DNA of 60,554 nt from Spirochaetales bacterium (GTDB taxonomy: Bacteria; Spirochaetota; Spirochaetia; Treponematales; UBA12059), in assembly GCA_016928955.1 (NCBI GenBank), contig JAFGJV010000054.1:1-60554 (forward strand). The letters run 5' to 3'. Position 1 is the stretch's first letter. The number at the start of each line of letters is the position of its first letter. A program made the position numbers and the translations under genes. The notes below the pieces were generated by a model. The model was not told where the DNA came from, did no database searches, and worked only from the letters and a program-made list of their open reading frames with translations. Shown here piece by piece: positions 57,733 to 60,554 of this stretch.

Positions 57733-57910
57733 AAATTTCGCGTAGCCAGGTTCTAGAGCGCGTGACGCTTATGTCCTGGATTCGCGTCCGTCCGGGCGCC
57801 TCGGGAGGGTACCGGAACGGCCGTTTTGAATAGCACAGTGCCGGAGCCGCTAGCGGTTCCGCACCCTGACAGGGAAAAAACGAACGCGCACTTAGGAAAG
57901 GAGCACGTGA

Positions 57911-58999
57911 ATGAGAAGGCCGATTTTCGTGATCGCCGTGGCCCTGATGATTCTGGGCGCCGTCTCCGCATTCGCAGACGAAGCCGTCGTCATCGATTTC
58001 TCTCTCCTGACGGCGGACATCATCGACGATCCGATGAACCCCGGAACCATGACGCAGAACCGGGCTACCATGATGGATTTCTCCACCGTGGCCGGTGCCA
58101 GCTATACCCCGGAGCAGAAGAAGCAGATGGCCATATCGCTGGCCATCGTCAACTGGGATGTCGTGCTCGCCTCATCGTCGCGCACCAACGACAACCAGTC
58201 GCTCTCCTACACCAAGGAAGCCACGGTTGACGCCGAGGCCAAAAAGTATGCCGGCCAGACCGTCATGGGCATCCGCGTCCGCTTCCCCCTGGAACCTTTC
58301 AATTCCTGGGCGCGGATAGAGCCGCCGTTCGAGGTCCCCGCCTTTGAGCCCGCGGCCACCGTGGGTGACGACGGCGTGATCACCGAGGACCCCACCAAGG
58401 CGTCGCTCAGCGCTAACAACACCAGGCTGAGCCGCTTCGAGGGCAGCTACAACGCCGAGTCCAAGGTCACCACCGCGTTCGGCGTGGTCAAGAACGTGGG
58501 CGTTGTCAAATCGGTGGCCGTCAACGTGAAGGGACTTAATTTCCCGCACGGCATGTCGGTGATCTTCAAGGACAACGACGGCAACGAGAAGGTCATGTTC
58601 CTTGGCTACCTGAACTTTGACGGCTGGCGCGAGCTGCGCTGGGACAACCCCCAGTACATCACCGACGTCCGCAACCGCGAGCTCAGGATTTTCCCCCTGT
58701 ATCCCAAGTCCACCCCCTATGTGAAGCTGGCCGGCTTCCTCGTGACCCGCGACGCGGCGCATGAGGGCGGAGACTTCATCGCGTACATCAAGGACGTCAA
58801 GATCCTATACGACAAGGCCGTGCTCGAGCCCGTCAAGGACATTGACGACGAGGCAGTGTGGGGCATCGTTGGCCAGAAGGAAGAGGAGCGCAAGCGTCTT
58901 GAGAGCCTCCGCTTCGGCGCCAACCAGGTCCTGCGCTACATCGAGCGCATGAAGCAGGAGCAGAAGACCGAGTTCACCGGTACGGAAGCTACCGAGTAA
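57911..58999 (+). CDS. flaA: Flagellar filament outer layer (sheath) protein
   Basis: Signal peptide, VIDFS.L, NWDVVLASSS, GIRVRFP, KNVGVVKS, LNFDGW..L.W.NP.Y. Confidence 0.95.
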   Translation: MRRPIFVIAVALMILGAVSAFADEAVVIDFSLLTADIIDDPMNPGTMTQNRATMMDFSTVAGASYTPEQKKQMAISLAIVNWDVVLASSSRTNDNQSLSYTKEATVDAEAKKYAGQTVMGIRVRFPLEPFNSWARIEPPFEVPAFEPAATVGDDGVITEDPTKASLSANNTRLSRFEGSYNAESKVTTAFGVVKNVGVVKSVAVNVKGLNFPHGMSVIFKDNDGNEKVMFLGYLNFDGWRELRWDNPQYITDVRNRELRIFPLYPKSTPYVKLAGFLVTRDAAHEGGDFIAYIKDVKILYDKAVLEPVKDIDDEAVWGIVGQKEEERKRLESLRFGANQVLRYIERMKQEQKTEFTGTEATE

Positions 59000-59020
59000 C
59001 GGTCCGACTCTCGTAAAACA

Positions 59021-59051
59021 AGCCGCCCGGCCTAGTCCGGGCGGCTTTTTA
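59021..59051 (+). terminator. Intrinsic terminator after flaA
   Basis: AGCCGCCCGG/CCGGGCGGCT stem + TTTT. Confidence 0.85.
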
Positions 59052-59090
59052 TCGCTTGCGCCACCGGGCTTTTCAGCGTATCCTGAGCCC

Positions 59091-60335
59091 ATGGAGTCAG
59101 CGGAGACCATCCCGAGCCGGTCCGAGCTCGAAGCCGCCTACAGGGCATCCTATGTCGGCATCGAGCGGATCCTCGGGCAAATGCTGTCGCGCATCAAGGC
59201 GCTGGTAGAGGCAGTCGGACTCTTTCCCGCGTACAAGCACCGGGTAAAATCCTTCAATAGCTATTTTTCAAAACGGGTCAAATTCATGCGCGACGCAAAG
59301 GCCCAGGGTCGGGATCCTCTGCCCATCACGGACGTGCTTGCGGTCCGCATTATATGCCCGTTCATAGGCGACCTGGCGCGCGTCGAGGAAGCGCTCCTAG
59401 ACGGCTTTACGGTTACCGAGGTGGAGCGAAAAGGGGCTGAAACATCCTTCAAGGAGTTCGGCTACCAGTCCACACATCTGCTGCTAAAAATACCAGAGGA
59501 ACTTATCGGGAGTACCGGCTTTCTCAATCCGCCTGTATGCGAGGTGCAAATCAGGACCATATTGCAGGACGCCTGGGCGGAGGTGGAACACGAGCTGGTA
59601 TACAAAGCGGATTTCACGCCCTTTGACGACCCCATGCGTCGCAAGCTGGCAGCCCTGAACGCAACGCTGACGCTGTCCGACATGCTGTTCCAGGAAATCC
59701 GCGACTACCAGCACCAGCTGAACAACGAGCTTGCCAAACGACGCGTCGCCTTCTTCAAAAAGGTTGAGGACGCAATAGACGGGGACCTGTACGCGGGGCT
59801 CAAGGCCAAGGCGAGGGAGGGCGACGACCGGCGCGCCGACTCCGGTTGGCTTGGCCCGTGGAAATCCCAGGACGACCTTTTGCTTGAGGCGCTGAATGCG
59901 CACAACCGCTCAGACTATGTCCGCGCCATAGACATTTACTCGCACATACTGGCCATGAACCCCAAGGCGGAGATCCGCGCCATCATCCACAAGCACCGCG
60001 GTATGGCCTATTTCGCTGAAAGCCGTTACGACGAGGCTGCGGAAGATTTTTCCGATACCCTGACGCTGGACGCGGCGTGCTACAAGGCGGCATATTACCG
60101 CGGGGTCGTATCCAGCGTCCGCCAGAACTACGCGGCTGCGATAGATGATTTCAACGCGGCCCTGGCCATACATCCCTACCACTTCTACTCGACATACCGG
60201 AGAGCCCAGGCCTTCTACCACATTGGAGACTATCCAAAAGCCCTTGCAGACTGCGAGGTGGCGCTGGAACTCGAGCCGGACAACGAAAACGTAAAAATGC
60301 TCAAAACCATGATACTTGCCCAGCTCAAGATGTAA
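59091..60335 (+). CDS. RelA/SpoT-like (p)ppGpp synthetase domain + TPR repeats
   Basis: RVKS...K, D..AVRII, GYQSTH, EVQIRT, WAEVEH; C-terminal TPRs. Confidence 0.88.
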   Translation: MESAETIPSRSELEAAYRASYVGIERILGQMLSRIKALVEAVGLFPAYKHRVKSFNSYFSKRVKFMRDAKAQGRDPLPITDVLAVRIICPFIGDLARVEEALLDGFTVTEVERKGAETSFKEFGYQSTHLLLKIPEELIGSTGFLNPPVCEVQIRTILQDAWAEVEHELVYKADFTPFDDPMRRKLAALNATLTLSDMLFQEIRDYQHQLNNELAKRRVAFFKKVEDAIDGDLYAGLKAKAREGDDRRADSGWLGPWKSQDDLLLEALNAHNRSDYVRAIDIYSHILAMNPKAEIRAIIHKHRGMAYFAESRYDEAAEDFSDTLTLDAACYKAAYYRGVVSSVRQNYAAAIDDFNAALAIHPYHFYSTYRRAQAFYHIGDYPKALADCEVALELEPDNENVKMLKTMILAQLKM

Positions 60336-60355
60336 CGTCCGCAGACAGGTCCGTA

Positions 60356-60385
60356 TTGACACCCCCTGCCGTTTTCTGGTAATTT
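60356..60385 (+). promoter_or_regulatory. sigma70 promoter of tRNA-Glu
   Basis: TTGACA-N18-TAATTT with TGn extension. Confidence 0.6.
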
Positions 60386-60399
60386 CTCACGCGTTGTCT

Positions 60400-60528
<129 letters not shown>

Positions 60529-60554
60529 GTGAGCGGCTGGAGTGAGAGAACACG

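Noticed and set aside
59091..60335. toxSAS toxin-antitoxin module
   Set aside because: No adjacent antitoxin-like gene, host-like GC and core-genome context.

Overview
A spirochaete chromosome segment, identified by FlaA sheath protein, two FlaB flagellins, FliD/FlaG and a spiro-SPASM gene. From about 5493 onward it is GC-rich core genome: M29 peptidase, MFS transporter, orphan histidine kinase, a LacI-controlled beta-glucoside ABC/GH1 unit, an ECF-PanT-CoaX pantothenate unit, tRNA-Met, tsaE/tsaB with HD-GYP and PilZ genes, flagellar filament genes, pcnB, GH57, dnaE, class II nrdJ, a spiro-SPASM/SpsF/SpsG-methyltransferase/ATP-grasp operon, flaA, RelA-like-TPR and tRNA-Glu. Bases 1-5492 are the right end of an AT-rich integrated element. 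It holds an IS21-like end, an ORF bracketed by degenerate res-like repeats, a serine resolvase, a 780-aa NDT/TIR-like + P-loop ATPase (candidate defence protein), an AT-hook protein and a Xis-like HTH. The element appears to have split the host yjbQ gene and carries its own complete yjbQ next to the junction. The most unusual small structure is a 138-bp insertion at the 3' end of nrdJ that rebuilds the gene end (29-bp direct repeat) and carries a 16-bp antisense copy of the target. A tRNA-intersecting palindrome of similar design starts at tRNA-Glu. There are also two hairpin-rich MITE-like elements, widespread leaderless-gene signatures and CsrA-type GGA hairpins before both flaB genes. All family calls come from motif recognition by eye; no database search was run.
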